Shown here in pieces: positions 1 to 22,764 of a stretch of DNA of 64,000 nucleotides. Made by a program: the position numbers and the translations under genes. The notes under the pieces are model-generated. The model had not been told where the DNA came from, did no database searches, and saw only the letters and a list, made by a program, of their open reading frames with translations. Position 1 is the stretch's first letter; every line of letters begins with the position of its first letter. The stretch comes from Amoebidium appalachense (taxonomy: Eukaryota > Protista > Ichthyosporea), in assembly GCA_963693365.1 (NCBI GenBank), contig CAVNZM010000002.1, forward strand, positions 186,001 to 250,000. Direction: 5' to 3'.

Positions 1-8936
<8,936 letters not shown>

Positions 8937-9237
8937 AACCAGCTAGATGTGCATGTGCACAAGCGGTGTTTGTACTATTATTATATTGGGGGCGGGGGGC
9001 TCCAATATTGAGATCTTTGGAACCAGCATACAGCCAGGCCCGATCATCCTTTAGCAATCGATTTGGGTCGTGTTTTCATCTTTTAATTTGGCCAATTGGT
9101 GTAACAGCACTAGTGGGCTTTGTATGTATTACGCTACTGGGGGCTGTGCTCTGCTAATCAAAGAACATACTTATAGCACGTACATGCTGGATCAGATCTG
9201 TATTTGAAAAGGTGCTTTCATTTTTTTGTCATCATTA

Positions 9238-9281
<44 letters not shown>

Positions 9282-9667
9282 AAAAAAAAAAACCCCGCCC
9301 ACCACCACTACCACCACCACCACACCCTCCACCCTCCACCCTTTCCCTCCCTATCCCTAACCTGCAACCAACATCTCCGTCAAGAAAATAAATTGCATCA
9401 ACCTTAAAAAAAAATGACCATCGTGTTTAAACATCAAAAGAGCAAACATCAAGTCCCAACATCATATGCACCAAAAGCACAAATGGAGCACTACGCAAAC
9501 ATGGCATGCACGTCGCATGTGGCAAAGCACTACACCATTGTACACAATACGTTACAGGGCCACTGGCCAACCCGACCCCCACCACCTTCATCCCACCCAT
9601 GCCACACCAATACAGCACTGCCGCCACCACCGCCCTACCCCACCCACACCTGTTTTCTAGTATGGCG

Positions 9668-12600
9668 CTACTCCCCCTCCTTGTCCTTGTCCGGCAGCCC
9701 AAACCTGATGGGCCCACTGGGGATGCCAAACGTGACCTTTGCAGGCGCCACCCCAAACTGCACCCCTGCAGCTGGCTGGGGGGTGCTGCCGGGGGACAGG
9801 CCGAAGGTGAAGGTGGGGGTGGTTGTGGATGCCGTGGTCGATGGGTGGGCGGACGTGCTGGTGGCTGGATGGGCCCCGGGCTTAGGCGTCTGGCAGGCCT
9901 TGCACTTGTCCACGTCACCAGGGTTGGAGCACATGCACGCATCACAGCTCCACTGCCCGGCTGGCTTGCTAAACGTGTTGCCCCACAGGTTTGCTGGTGG
10001 TGGGGCAGACATGCGGGGCTTGTCGGTTGCAGCTGTGGTGGCCTTGGTGCCGGGCTTAGGGGTCTGGCAGGCCTTGCATGTGTCCACGTCACCGGGGTTG
10101 GCGCTTAGGCATGCCTCACAGCCCCACTGCCCTGCCGGCTTTGTGGCAGCAAACGTGTTGGCCCATGTGCCCGTGGGCGCCGGGGCAGGCGCCGGGGGTT
10201 GTGCTGGCGCGGTGGACGGTTTTGCCCCGGGCTTAGGCGTCTGGCAGGCCTTGCACTTGTCTACGTCACCAGGGTTAGAGCACATGCACGCATCACAGCT
10301 CCACTGCCCGGCCGGCTTGCTAAACGTGTTGCCCCACAGGTTTGCTGGTGGTGGGGCCTCGGACCCCGGCTTCTCCGTGGGTGCTACAGCCGGGGCAGAA
10401 TTTGCCCCGGGCTTAGGAGCCAGGCAGGCCTTGCACTTGTCCACGTCACCGGGGTTGGGGCAGGTGCATGCATCACAGCTCCACTGCCCCGCCGGCTTAG
10501 CAAATGCATTGCCCCACATGTTGGCTGGTGGCGCTGCGCTGGGGGGCTTTTCAGGGGCTGGGGCTGGTGTGGACGGCTTGGCCCCGGGCTTAGGGGTCTG
10601 GCAGGCCTTGCACTTGTCCACGTCACCAGGGTTGGAGCACATGCACGCATCACAGCTCCACTGCCCGGCCGGCTTGCTAAACGTGTTGCCCCATGTGCCG
10701 GTGGTGGCCGGGGCAGTGGTCGGGGGTTGTGTTGGTGGTGCAGGGGCCTTGGTGCCGGGCTTAGGGGTCTGGCAGGCCTTGCACTTGTCTACGGCAGCAG
10801 GGTTGGAGCACATGCATGTGTCACAGCTCCACTGCCCGGCTGGCTTGGGGGCTGCCCAGATGTTCGTGGGGACGGGCTGGGGGGGTGCTGAGGAGGTTGG
10901 CTGACCACCGCCGAGGATTTGCTGTGTAAGGGAGGCAGCAGTTAGGTGTATGTGCATGCACGTGCACGTGCCGACGTTACATCCTCGTCCTTTATTGCGC
11001 AGTCGGACGCAAATATCTGGTCGTCCCAACCCAATTTTCACTCCTGCTAATGGGAAGATGCACGCAGTTTTCTTGTGCATGTAAGGGCACTGCACATGTG
11101 TGCATGTATGTGTGTATTGCTGACACATGTGCATGCCTGTGTGCACCAGGGACGTGTGCGCATATGTAATGTGGAGTACGTGTGTTTATGTGTGTGTGTG
11201 TGTGGGCCACATCGAACTTTCTGCTATGCACCGCGCACACGTGTGCCTGTGAGCGTGTGCTGGAAACATGTGGTCATGCATGTGTGTGCTGGAAACATGT
11301 GGTCATGCATGTGTGTGCTGGAAACATGTGCTCATGCATGTGTGTGCTGGAAACATGTGCTCATGCATGTGTGTGCTGGGAACATGTGCTCATGCATGTG
11401 TGTGCTGGGAACATGTGCTCATGCATGTGTGTGCTGGGAACATGTGCTCATGCATGTGTGTGATGGGAACATGTGCTCATGCATGTGTGTGCTGGAAACA
11501 TGTGCTCATGCATGTGTGTGCTGGAAACATGTGCTCATGCATGTGTGTGCTGGAAACATGTGTGCATGAGTTTGTGTGTGTAAAGTACAGTTTGGATGTA
11601 TGTATATGTGGAGCACATGTACCCAGATACATGTATATGTGGAGCACATGTACCCATATACATGTATATGTGGAGCACATGTACCCATATACATGTGTAT
11701 GTGGAGCACATGTACCCATATACATGTGTATGTGGAGCACATGTACCCATATACATGTATATGTGGAGCACATGTACCCATATACATGTGTATGTGGAGC
11801 ACATGTACCCATATACATGTGTATGTGGAGCACATGTACCCATATACATGTGTATGTGGAGCACATGTACCCATATACATGTATATGTGGAGCACATGTA
11901 CCCAGATACATGTATATGTGGAGCACATGTACCCATATATATGTATATGTGGAGCACGTACACGTGCGTGTACACGTGTGGGCGTGAATAGGCCACACAC
12001 AGGTGCGCATGTGTGCATGTATGTGGGGAGGCCATGGATGCCCGTGTGTGTGTGCGTGTGTGTGTTGGGGGGGGGAAAGTGTGTGCATGTGTGGGCGGGA
12101 ACCATGTGTGCTTTGATATGTCCGATGTGTGGAGCAAACGTGTGAATATGCATTTGCGTGTGTGGTTTGTGTGTTGCATGTATATGTGTGCGGAAAGGGG
12201 GCCCCAAATATGCACGTGTTTGTTTGTGGGGATATTCGTGTGCTTGGTGTGCCCGACCACCAGTGGCTATGCATGAGTGTGTGAGTGCTACAGGGGGTTA
12301 TATACCTGGGCAATCATGTCCATGGATGGGGGTGGCGGGAAGCTGAAGTCTTGCACCAAAGCACTGGGCATGATGGCTGGGGGCAGGCTGGGGGGCCGTG
12401 CAGGCTGGGACCCCCGCAGCTGCATGTACAGAGGTCAATGGCCAATTAATGCTGGCCCATGGCACAGAGCTGGCCGCCATGTTACGTACAAGGCAATCCT
12501 TAATTCTCATGATCTCTGTGCTGCTTGACTATGCACCACAGTGTACACACACACACACTCTCTCTCTCGCTACACAGCAAACCCACACACCGACCCACAC

Positions 12601-12721
12601 ATACACCCCCAACCCCCTCCCCCCCTCTCCCCTAAACCACGCACACCCCACACACACAGTCGTACACACAGTCGCACACAAACCTCAGCACACCCGCATA
12701 CAGGCACACAGGCACATGCAC

Positions 12722-12774
<53 letters not shown>

Positions 12775-13475
12775 TCACTCACTCACTCACTCACGGACCC
12801 CTCACACACACCCGCATGCACGCACACACACGCACACACACACACACAGGCGGCAACACGTACCAGGGTGAAGTAACCAGGGCGGAACTCACTGAACTGG
12901 GACCCAGATGATCTCCGTGGCTGCTCCTGTGCCAGCCCAGTCAGTGCACCAGCGTACCCCTACATGCACACTGCAACCAGCCAAGACCAAAGACCTGAAG
13001 ATGGAGCCCACCACCCATCCACCCAGCCCACACCCACGCCAACACAGAGAGACACGCAGGCACACCCACACTGCCCCGATATGCGTGCCACCCCCCCATG
13101 CCCCCCCCCCGTTACCTGCTGGGGCTTGCTTGCAGGTGGTGCTGGCTGCTGTGTCGGTGGCGGCACAAATACAGATGGCTGGATAAGGGCTGCCTGTGTG
13201 TTTGCTGCCTGTTTGCCTGTTGGCTGTACATGTGCTTGCGGTGTGCTTGCTTGCTGTGTGGCTGCCTGTGTGTTTGCTGCCTGTGTAGCCGGTTGCTGTG
13301 TTTGTTGGGGCCGGAAGGAAGGCTTGAAGACAGGGCCTGGGGGCGGGGGTGGCATGGTGCCTGGTGTGGCCTTGGCCCCGATGGGGATGGCCTTGGCCGC
13401 GCTGCAGGGACCATCGTCAGCCCATGCATGCTCTCACAGTCGACCCAAACACAACAATCCCCTCCTCCCCCTCTC

Positions 13476-13536
<61 letters not shown>

Positions 13537-13961
13537 AACACAAGCCTCCACTTCCCCGTCTCACCCTACATACCCACCACCAGCACACATGGCACACCAC
13601 GGCCAGTCGACCACCACCAGCCGCCTGCATGGTTACGTTCCATCCCCACACCACATCCCATACCCCCACCAACCTTGGCTGCACGTTGGTGTCCTGGAGG
13701 GTGGTGGGGGCCCGAGCCCAAGCAGGGCTGGCCTGCAGCCCGGGCAGGGGGGCTGGGCTGCGGGCTGCTTGGGTGGAGCCTGGGGGGGTGGGCCCACGGT
13801 GGGGGGTGGCTGACGGGGGCCATCTGGCTTGCTGCTTGGCAGCGCTAGTTGCCGCACATAGGGGCTGGTCAGCCGCTGCGTGCAGGTGTGTAAGTACAGG
13901 CAGGCAGGCAGGCGGGCGGGCAGGCAGGCAGGGAGACAAGGGGGGCAGGCAGGGAGGCAGG

Positions 13962-13997
<36 letters not shown>

Positions 13998-14633
13998 CAC
14001 GTACGTGGTAGGTGAAGCGCTTGGCCTTGAGGCCATTGCTCTTGTCGGTGGCCACAAACCGCACAAACCGCGGTGGGGGCAAGGGGTTGTCCTGGGGGGG
14101 CTGTCAGCATGCATGGAGGGAGGGGGACTCATAAACAGATAAAAAAGTATTGTCTTGGTGTGTGATCGGAGTGGTAGCTACGGTGACAGCGTGAAGGCCC
14201 ATGAGTGGGGCCTCAGATCTGAGAACACCCAACCTCTCTCCTTGCCACCACCCTTGTGCAACTACCACTATCATCATGTTGGTCTCTGCTTCACTTGTGT
14301 ACGGTGTATGTTTTGTCGGTTTGCAGCTCAATTAAGAGCGTGGGGAGTACTTGGGAGGGGAGGGAGGGGAGAGGTAACACCTACCTCCAGCTTGGCCTTC
14401 TTCGGTGCGATTTGCTGAGCACCCTACAGATAAACAGGTCAGTGGGTGTAAAAAGACATGCATGGCACCACTGCAAGGGTCTTGCAGAGCACACACATGC
14501 ACCCACAGTCACGTGTGCTGGTACATCGCCACACTACAAACACACACCCAACATATCATGAGGGCTGCATTTTAGGATGCATACGTGCACACACATGCAC
14601 ACACGCGCGCGCGCACGCGCACGCGCGCACACA

Positions 14634-14677
<44 letters not shown>

Positions 14678-14891
14678 TGCACGTACCCGGTCAGTGTCTG
14701 TGGCCTCGAAGATGCGCTTGCTGCTAGCCGGCAGAGGTGCTGCACACACCCACGTCAGAAACGAACATAGCTGTGTCCCTCCCCCCATGCCATAGGCACA
14801 CACAGTTCTTTGCACCCGTGCCTTCAGACACTACACCACCTCTGTTATCCCGATACCTTTTTCTCTCCTCGCAACAGCCCCCCCTCCCCCC

Positions 14892-14922
<31 letters not shown>

Positions 14923-15990
14923 ACACACACATGCCAACCCAGCCCTCCGGCATCCCCGGGCGCCCCTCTCCCCTCTCTCCCTGCCCACTAGCAGGCACCA
15001 CTGTTATGCTCACAGTCATGACTGCATCCAAGGCACCATGCTCCACTGCACACCCACCCTCTCCTTGCAACACCAAGCAAGTCACACACCCACCTGCTTG
15101 GGCCAGGGCTTGCACAGCTGTGATGTTTGCCTGCACCCAGCGCCAGCGCGTTAGCCTCCATCCACACGTACACGTGCACCCATGCACCCACCCACACATA
15201 CCCACCCATCTACCCATCCTCAACGTTGCCCGACACATGCATGAGCAACCACACACCCACCTCGTGTGTGCGCACAGGTGCTGCACGTGGTGCCGGGGGC
15301 ATTGGGGGGGGCATGGTTGCGGTTGGCCTAAGGGTGAGGGGTGCCTGGCTCCCAAACACGGCCGGTCCCTCCTTTGCAGGCGGCATTGGTGTGCCTGTGG
15401 GTGGGCGTGCAGGCTGCTTTCTGGTGCGTGCTGGGGGGGGCTGTGTGTCTCTGGGCTGGGAGGCTGCCTTTCCTCTGGTCTTTCTTGCCGTGGGCACCTC
15501 CTCCTGCACGGCATCCAGCACCTCCCTGCCCCCATCATCCTTTGCTGCCGTCTGCCGCCCCCGCCCACCTGGTGTGCGTGCCGGGGTGCTGCCCCTGGTG
15601 CTGCGGGCCTGTCTGGGGGGCTCCACGTGTGCAGGGGGCTCGACAGACCGCTGCCGGGAGCTGGCACGTGTCTGGCGGGGAGGGGCTGGGGCTGGGGCTG
15701 GGGCTGGGGCTGGGCCGTCTGGCAGGGGCCCGAACTCGAGCTTGGCGCCTTTGGCTGGCCCGGCAGGGGTGCGCGCACGAGGCCGCAGGCTACGACCCTC
15801 CTGCACACGTGACCGGTCAGATGCCGGCCTAGGTGCCCCCACTAGGCAGTTGCAGGGCTGAGCCAGCAGTGTGCAAGCACACACACACAAGAACTGTGCA
15901 AAGGCAACGCAGCTACCATCAAGCATGGGAACCCCAACGAAACCCCACCAACCAGAAAAATACTTGAGCAGGGTGAAAAGAAGGCTCGAG

Positions 15991-16025
<35 letters not shown>

Positions 16026-16070
16026 CGGTGCCCCCGGGCCCCCTGCCCCACCAACCCTTCCCCCCCCCCA

Positions 16071-16104
<34 letters not shown>

Positions 16105-16297
16105 CCTTCCCTTACTCTCTCTCTCTCTCTCTCCCCCCTCCCGGCCCCTCCCTCCATCCCTCTCCAACTCACTCTTCCTCCCTCCCTCCCCCAAACCCAC
16201 TCTCACCTTCTATCACTCACACTCTCTCCCCCTTAGTATTCCCCCCCTCCCTATCACTCTCTCACCCCCTCACACAAACATGCACACACACACACAC

Positions 16298-16335
<38 letters not shown>

Positions 16336-16342
16336 GTCTGTG

Positions 16343-16380
<38 letters not shown>

Positions 16381-16408
16381 TGTGTCTCTGTCTCTGTCTC
16401 TGTCTCTG

Positions 16409-16446
<38 letters not shown>

Positions 16447-16588
16447 CCCCCCCTCCCCCTCCCCCCTCTCCCTCCCTCCCGTCTCACCACTCCCCTTCCA
16501 CAACCGCCATACTCTCGCCTTCCCCCGTCCCTTCACACCTCTTCTCTCTTCTCTCTTTCCCGCCATCTAACCCCTCTTCTTCCCTCTT

Positions 16589-16654
<66 letters not shown>

Positions 16655-17450
16655 CCCCACCCTCCCCCCCCTCCTCTCCCTCCCCTCTCTCCCTCCCTCA
16701 CGTCTCACCACTCCCCTTCACAACCGCCAACCACGCTCTCGCATTCCCCCATCCCTTCACACCTCTTCTCTCTTCTCTCTTTCCCGCCATCTAACCCCTC
16801 TTCTTCCCTCTTGCTCTCCAAATCAGCACAGCACCAGCACAAGAGGCTGCCTGACTTGAAGCTAAAACCAGGAGGGACCACACACCGAGGGAGGCTCTGG
16901 CTTCTTGAAGTTCAGAGTAGGTCGTGTGCTACGGGCAGTCCTCCCACCCCTCTTCTCAACGTCTGTTTCTTGGGGCTCGGCCTGTTGTGCTGGCTGCCGA
17001 GGTTCCTGTTTCCGTCACAGGTTAGCAAATGTTGCTTGATCTCGTGAAGTTATGCAGGAGAATGAAAGCAAATTGAAAACATGAAGGCTTGCCAGTTCGT
17101 TTGCTCCAAGCGGGCTCCAAATGATTTAGACCCAAAACCACGGGCTTTATTGAGCTCAAGCAGGTGTGCTTGCACAGACGGCCTTGCCCGATCAGGTGAA
17201 CATTAGCGTCCAAAGCCAGGCTATGGTGCATATAACCAGGCTTATCGTATGCAGATGCACATAACTGTCACGGATACACGCATGCGCTTTCTTCTCTCTT
17301 ACACACGCATACACACACCTCCTCCTGGTGTTCTTGTGCGTAGCCATTCTCCCCATCGTAAAATTCCTCGTTTTCCTCTTCGATAACCTCCTCCTCCCTC
17401 TCTGGCGCACGGCCCTTCCTGCCGCTCAACCAGCCTAGTATAAAGCTCAT
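9668..17450 (-). CDS. Nup153-like nucleoporin / RanBP2-type zinc-finger repeat protein
   Basis: The last exon (10921-9668) encodes six W-x-C-x2-C-x3-N-x6-C-x2-C (zf-RanBP) repeats and a C-terminal FTFG/QFG/TFG/RFG tail. Upstream exons: 17450-17319 (ATG), 17005-16886, ~15858-15261, several micro-exons 15130-14688, 14423-14385, 14091-14005, ~13845-13675, 13401-13116, 12926-12864, 12419-12306. Some central junctions are uncertain. Confidence 0.75.
11255..11560. repeat. 29-bp intronic minisatellite
   Basis: Tandem GTGTGTGCTGGAAACATGTGCTCATGCAT, about 10 copies. Confidence 0.9.
11605..11957. repeat. 31-bp intronic minisatellite
   Basis: Tandem ATGTGGAGCACATGTACCCATATACATGTRT, about 11 copies. 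Confidence 0.9.
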
Positions 17451-17639
17451 GTTTCTCCTTTCGCTCTAACACGTCTCTGTGCGCTCAGAGACTCTTATTA
17501 CGTGCATATGTTGGTCAGGACATACAACCCACTGCTAACGCTATGCCCACTGAGTCATGAACTGCTGCAGCTGAAACGTGACACATCGATCAGAACATCG
17601 ATCATGCCATTGCTGTGTGCACAAGTTTGGCCGATCGCA

Positions 17640-17680
17640 CCCGATTGGCTGCCGCCAATCTTTGAAATTTGGCGCACCCT
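17640..17680 (-). promoter_or_regulatory. Putative promoter of the Nup153-like gene: two CCAAT boxes, TTTGAA (CHR-like) and TTTGGCGC (E2F-like)
   Basis: ATTGG 17644-48, CCAAT 17655-59, TTTGAA 17661-66 and TTTGGCGC 17668-75, about 200 bp upstream of the ATG at 17450. Confidence 0.5.
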
Positions 17681-18949
17681 GGAAGTTCCTGCCCGAAGTG
17701 CCAGTACTATATCGCCCCCGCAAAGCCTTCTTCACTTTGCCGGACCGTTCCGTCTCAACACTGACTGGGTGACTTTGTAATCAAAAAGCTTTGTCTCTTG
17801 CCCTTTCGTCGTACGTGTGTCGTGGTCAACCCATTCCCCGTCCCATTCCCATTTCCCCCCCCCCCCCCCCCCCCCCCCCCAAGGTATCAAGTTGGGAGAT
17901 TAGGAGGCCTTGTCCCCCCCCCCCCCCCCCCCCCCCCCCCTCCCCCCCCTCCTCCCAGTGGCCACACGTGCTCCTGAGCTGCCTAGACACCCCTCGAGCT
18001 CCATATGGTAAACTGTTGCAGTGCAGTACTAATACTATATATTGGCGATGACGACGCAGCCACTGTGGGTTGTGAACACCCCTATGGGTGCATCATATTA
18101 TGTGGACATGCCCGTCATAAAACATAGTTTGAGGCATGAAACAGCTTCGCATTAATTGTGCGCTGCCGTTTCTCCTTGACTCTCACAGCAGCAGTCTTAA
18201 GCGTATCCCCTGCAGCTCTAGCCTGTTTTATCACCGGCACCCCGCGGGTGCGGCATCATGGGGAATTAACGATAAGTATCCTAAATAGGTTGCTTGCAAG
18301 GTGAGGCTCATGAGACCCCATGCTTGGTACGTTAGAACGAGTTATGCTATAGCTTGCCAGGCCACAAAAGTTCTGAGGCTAACTTTAAGACGGCTGGGTG
18401 ACAGGATCCTTGGCACTATGATATGAGGTTGCAGTATACCATTGATGACTGAGCCCCGAGTTCGGAGGATCATACACTGATCTGGGAGCGCTAAACCAGA
18501 CATGCTCAACTACATGTACAAGCAGCACTGGAGGCTTCACAGCTGTGACACAGCCACGTTAGTATTGTTATCACTTTTCTACAGCAGCACAGCACGCACG
18601 TATTAGTGCGTCAGAACAGCCTCATGACTGCGCGTGCTAAAGGCCTCCATCACGTGTGCATGCGCCCAGCAGTCTGTCGTGCACGTGTTTGCATCATCTG
18701 CATTTCCAAGACCTTCATAGAAGCTCAGCAACAAGCCGCCCTGTACTACATTATGGCCACAACGTGATTTTTTTTGGTGTGTGTGTGTCACAAGCAGCTT
18801 CATATATACAACACCCTATGTACAACACAACTAATGTGCACCTATACATACAAGCAACAGCATCTGGCCTTCCCAAAAAACCTCTTCGCAAATTCGCGTC
18901 ACAAATAACTTCCAAACATATGTAGAACATCGTCCCTCGTACCCCTTCG

Positions 18950-18983
<34 letters not shown>

Positions 18984-19213
18984 CCCCCCCCCAAAAAAAA
19001 AAAAAAAAAAAGAAGAAAAAAAAAAAAAAAAAAACGGGCCACCACCAAACCACACACACGTGCACGTACAAGACACGTGCGTGCACACACAAAAAAAGGT
19101 ATAGTAAAAGCTTAGTTAGCAGCTAAAAGCCAAAAAAGGCCCTGATTATGGACAACTTCGACTAGCGTCTGGCCATTCAGGTTACATCGCAGCTGGTCTA
19201 ATATCCAGCCGTG

Positions 19214-19973
19214 TTATTGCGTCCTACAAGGCTCTCTTTCACAGCTTCCTACAAAAAAATCACCATGATGCTCTGGTTCTACCACATCTATGAAAGAATC
19301 CACCGAAGTAGTTATATGCTTTGCCCATGTTTTCCCGACTGCAGGTGCCCACATCATCAACTCCCTTACGTGTTTCTTGAGTGCAGCCGCCACTTTCGCG
19401 TGCCCTGATGGCCCCCAGTGCATCATAGTAGCCCAGTCCCTCGATTCCATAACCAAACCGTCCAGGTGGACGTGGTGTGTTTTATCGTCCGATATGCTGG
19501 TTACAGCCTCTCTCACACACTCCTGCAGCAGGGTGGCATATGTGTCCCGTGCGCTATCACCCACCTCCAGACTGGACACGGCTGCAGGCGGCAGGGTCAC
19601 ACACACAATCACAGAGTCGGGCCGGTGGCTGCGAACAAGTCTCAACAGGTTCTGATAGGCCAGGATAAACGCCTCGGGGGTTGGCCGTGGGGCCACAAAG
19701 AAGTCGTTGCCCCCGCAGTGTAGCACCACCAGGTCCGCTGCAGGAAAGTGGTCACAGTCGGGCGGCTGGGCGCTGTCTGGTTGGATGGCCACCAGGCGAG
19801 GATAGAGGTCCGGTATGGTGTCCCGGCCACACATGTAAGGATTCAGGCACACGGCCTTGGAGGTCCACGCTGCAGCCAATAAAGACAGGTGAATAACATT
19901 ACCAACAGCAACCGGAAGGCCAAATGGACCCGAAGGTGTGTGTGTGTGTGTGTGGGTGTGTGTGCGTGCGTGC

Positions 19974-20008
<35 letters not shown>

Positions 20009-20036
20009 CCAATTTTTTTTCTTTTTTTTCTATTTT

Positions 20037-20118
<82 letters not shown>

Positions 20119-21389
20119 AGTGCAATAATAACGTTGTTTCTGTCACCATATCTTACCACATTCTGATTGGAGGGGAAAGGGAGGTGTAGGCCACGGATGC
20201 AGGTGCTCCTACTACTTCATTACGACAAACAGTTACTAGTGACCAGCCCTACACTTCAAATAAGTGCTCCGTGCTATTGAACCCATCACCTCCCCTTCCA
20301 AATGCCCCCCCCCCCCCCCCCTTTCCCCCACTCTTTCTCAACTCTCAAAACCAACTGTATGTCTCTCCACCAACTGGACCACCCACCTATATACGACGCG
20401 CTTGCACCAAACTGCTCGGCCATAAGTGCGGCAAATCCTTGTCTCACATCGCAGGCATTTGGATCCATCGTCCAGAAGCTCATAGGGCCTGACACAGGCC
20501 CCAACACGCCAAACGCCACCGTGTCTGAGTCTCCTACATACTCGATACTGCGCTGCTTTCTTTCTGTCGTGTGCAGCTGGGCGTTGCTTTCCACCACAAA
20601 CCCAAAAAACGTGACGGGGCCGAACGAGCTCAACACCCCCTTGACCTCGGGCTCGGTGCGCTTGCACAGAGTCACAGTGGTGCATGTTGCACGATCCAGG
20701 TTCTCAACGAGAACAAGCGTCTGCAGGGTGCCGTGTGTAAGCAAGTGCAGTCACAGTCACAGAACGGAACTGAGCTAGGTAGATGATACCGTATAAGAGT
20801 AACATAACCTGGACGCAGGCACTACTGCTTGGTTCTGCCAGCTCGAAGCCTCATCTGAGAGTGGTAGAGCACAGATGACGGCCAGCCTGCTAAGCTGCCA
20901 GCTGCCCACAAGGAATAAATTATAAATTACGCTCTCCGTTCCTAATCCCTACTTGCAATAAGCTGTCGGGTGTCTACTGTAACAGAAATCGTGCTGCTTT
21001 GAACCCATTAAATGGTGCAATGCCAACGGGCCATATACCAAGAGAACACTCTTCAATAAAAACCTCTTGCCCTCAGCAAGCACAACCCTCACCTGCTCGT
21101 CGTATCCCGCCTCCACGCTGCGCCTTGGCACGCCGTCCACCAGCACAGTGAACAGGCTGCCACCGCCCCTGAGGGTAGCCGCCACATACGCGCTGCCCGT
21201 GACCGTCACCGAGACAGACACCCCCGCCCAGTCATACACTAGACACTCACGTGTGCCCCTGCCAAGTTGTATCCGCCCCTCCACAGCCACGGCTGGGTTC
21301 AGCGCACCCACCAGGCGCCCGGGTGGCGGGGAGCCACATGCCTCGGGCATGACTAGGGCACCACAGCACATACCCAGCCAGCCCGACAT
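19214..21389 (-). CDS. SGNH/GDSL hydrolase, carbohydrate esterase family 2-like (acetyl xylan esterase-like)
   Basis: Three exons: 21389-21093, 20720-20387, 19869-19214. CE2-type N-terminal domain (VEGR..YDWAGVSVSVTVTG..FTVLVDG..KRTE), block I IEYVGDSDT, block II AWTSKAV, block III CGGNDF, block V DWATMMHW..GHAKVA. The start codon is uncertain. Confidence 0.82.
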
Positions 21390-22764
21390 TTTACCCGAGC
21401 CAGAGCCACGGCTCGAGCGTGGCTTGGACCACACAGGAGGAGGGGCACTCGATGTTGCGTGCTACCTTGCTAATACCTGAGTTTCCCAAAAGATGCAGAC
21501 AGCACCTAAGCTAAATGCATATCTACAGTAGTTCAAGTCAACATGCATGCAAGTAAGGAACTGATAAATATCACTTTTAAAGCCCTCAGACCGTCTCTCA
21601 CGCCTCACGCCCTCATGTTGGTCTCCGCCCAGTTCTTCACAGTAGGGGTTTTTGTATTTTCTTCTCTGAGATATCTGTGATATCTCCGGCTTGCTTCTCT
21701 TTCATGAGCCTATCAATAAAGCCATTTTAAAAAAAAACAGTTCTTCACACTGCGTCGTAGCTGCGACTGAACGGCATCTCTTGCATCCCCCAAGACATTC
21801 TGCATTCGAATTGACCTGGCTCTATATACTCAAGAATTCTTAAAATACTGCTTTCCAAACCTGAAAATCCAGATTATGTACTATGTAGAGCTGTAAGCAT
21901 TCACAAAGTTCGTCAAAACAAATGGCCAATCATCACTTTCATCACAGTATTATTTAATTTCTATGTACTGTAACATGTTAGACATACAGCACGCGGTCAC
22001 AAACCCAACAAACTTTCAACTAACTTCTGGGTCATCACAATTTCACAAAACAACCTTTCTCCGGAGACCAGGGGGAACTCACAGAGCTACTAAACTTTAA
22101 GCCTATTTTGATTGGCGGGTATATAATCTATTAGATCTTCCAAAACTCCAACGTATGCGGGGTGCATGTAAATAAGACTAAATTCCAGAGCCCCTAAGTC
22201 AAGACAGGCGCTCAGGAGCCTCAGTTAGCTCAGTCAAGCCTTGGTTTGACCATAATCGTTCTATAAGAACCCTCTTATTTAATCATTACCTGAATTTTAC
22301 GGGTTATTGAGGCTTTGTTATGTGTCGTATGTACATACAAAATTATAATGCATATACGACATTTAAATTTATGTCAAAAGAAAAAATATATGTTTACCAG
22401 GTCGGCTGTACATGAGTTTGGGGGGCTTCGCCCGGCAATTCGGCTTTGATGACGTTGCACTGAGTCACTGAAGCAGGCTTATATCAGCTCAAGCCTCACA
22501 GCTCTCACAGGCATCCGATTATCACCGAGGCGACCGTCATGCATTGACGGGCTTCTGTTTTCTCTAATTAAAGTTTCTTTATATTATACCCACGCTCACC
22601 CTGTATTTCTTAAATGTATGCAATGCTTCAATTCCATCAAATACCTGCACAGCAGCGATAACGTCATCCGGGTTGCCAGACGGGATTTACAGGATATTTA
22701 TACGCAGGCCATAGCTCAGTGTATGCTAGCCTCTGCTTACCCATAATATGGTGTCATATACTAC

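Noticed and set aside
9414-10904. 496-aa plus-strand ORF
   Set aside because: Antisense shadow of the zinc-finger exon on the minus strand.
21060-21092. GC-AG intron donor after VVLAEG in the esterase
   Set aside because: A canonical GTGAGG donor at 21092 gives the correct phase and a sensible alignment.
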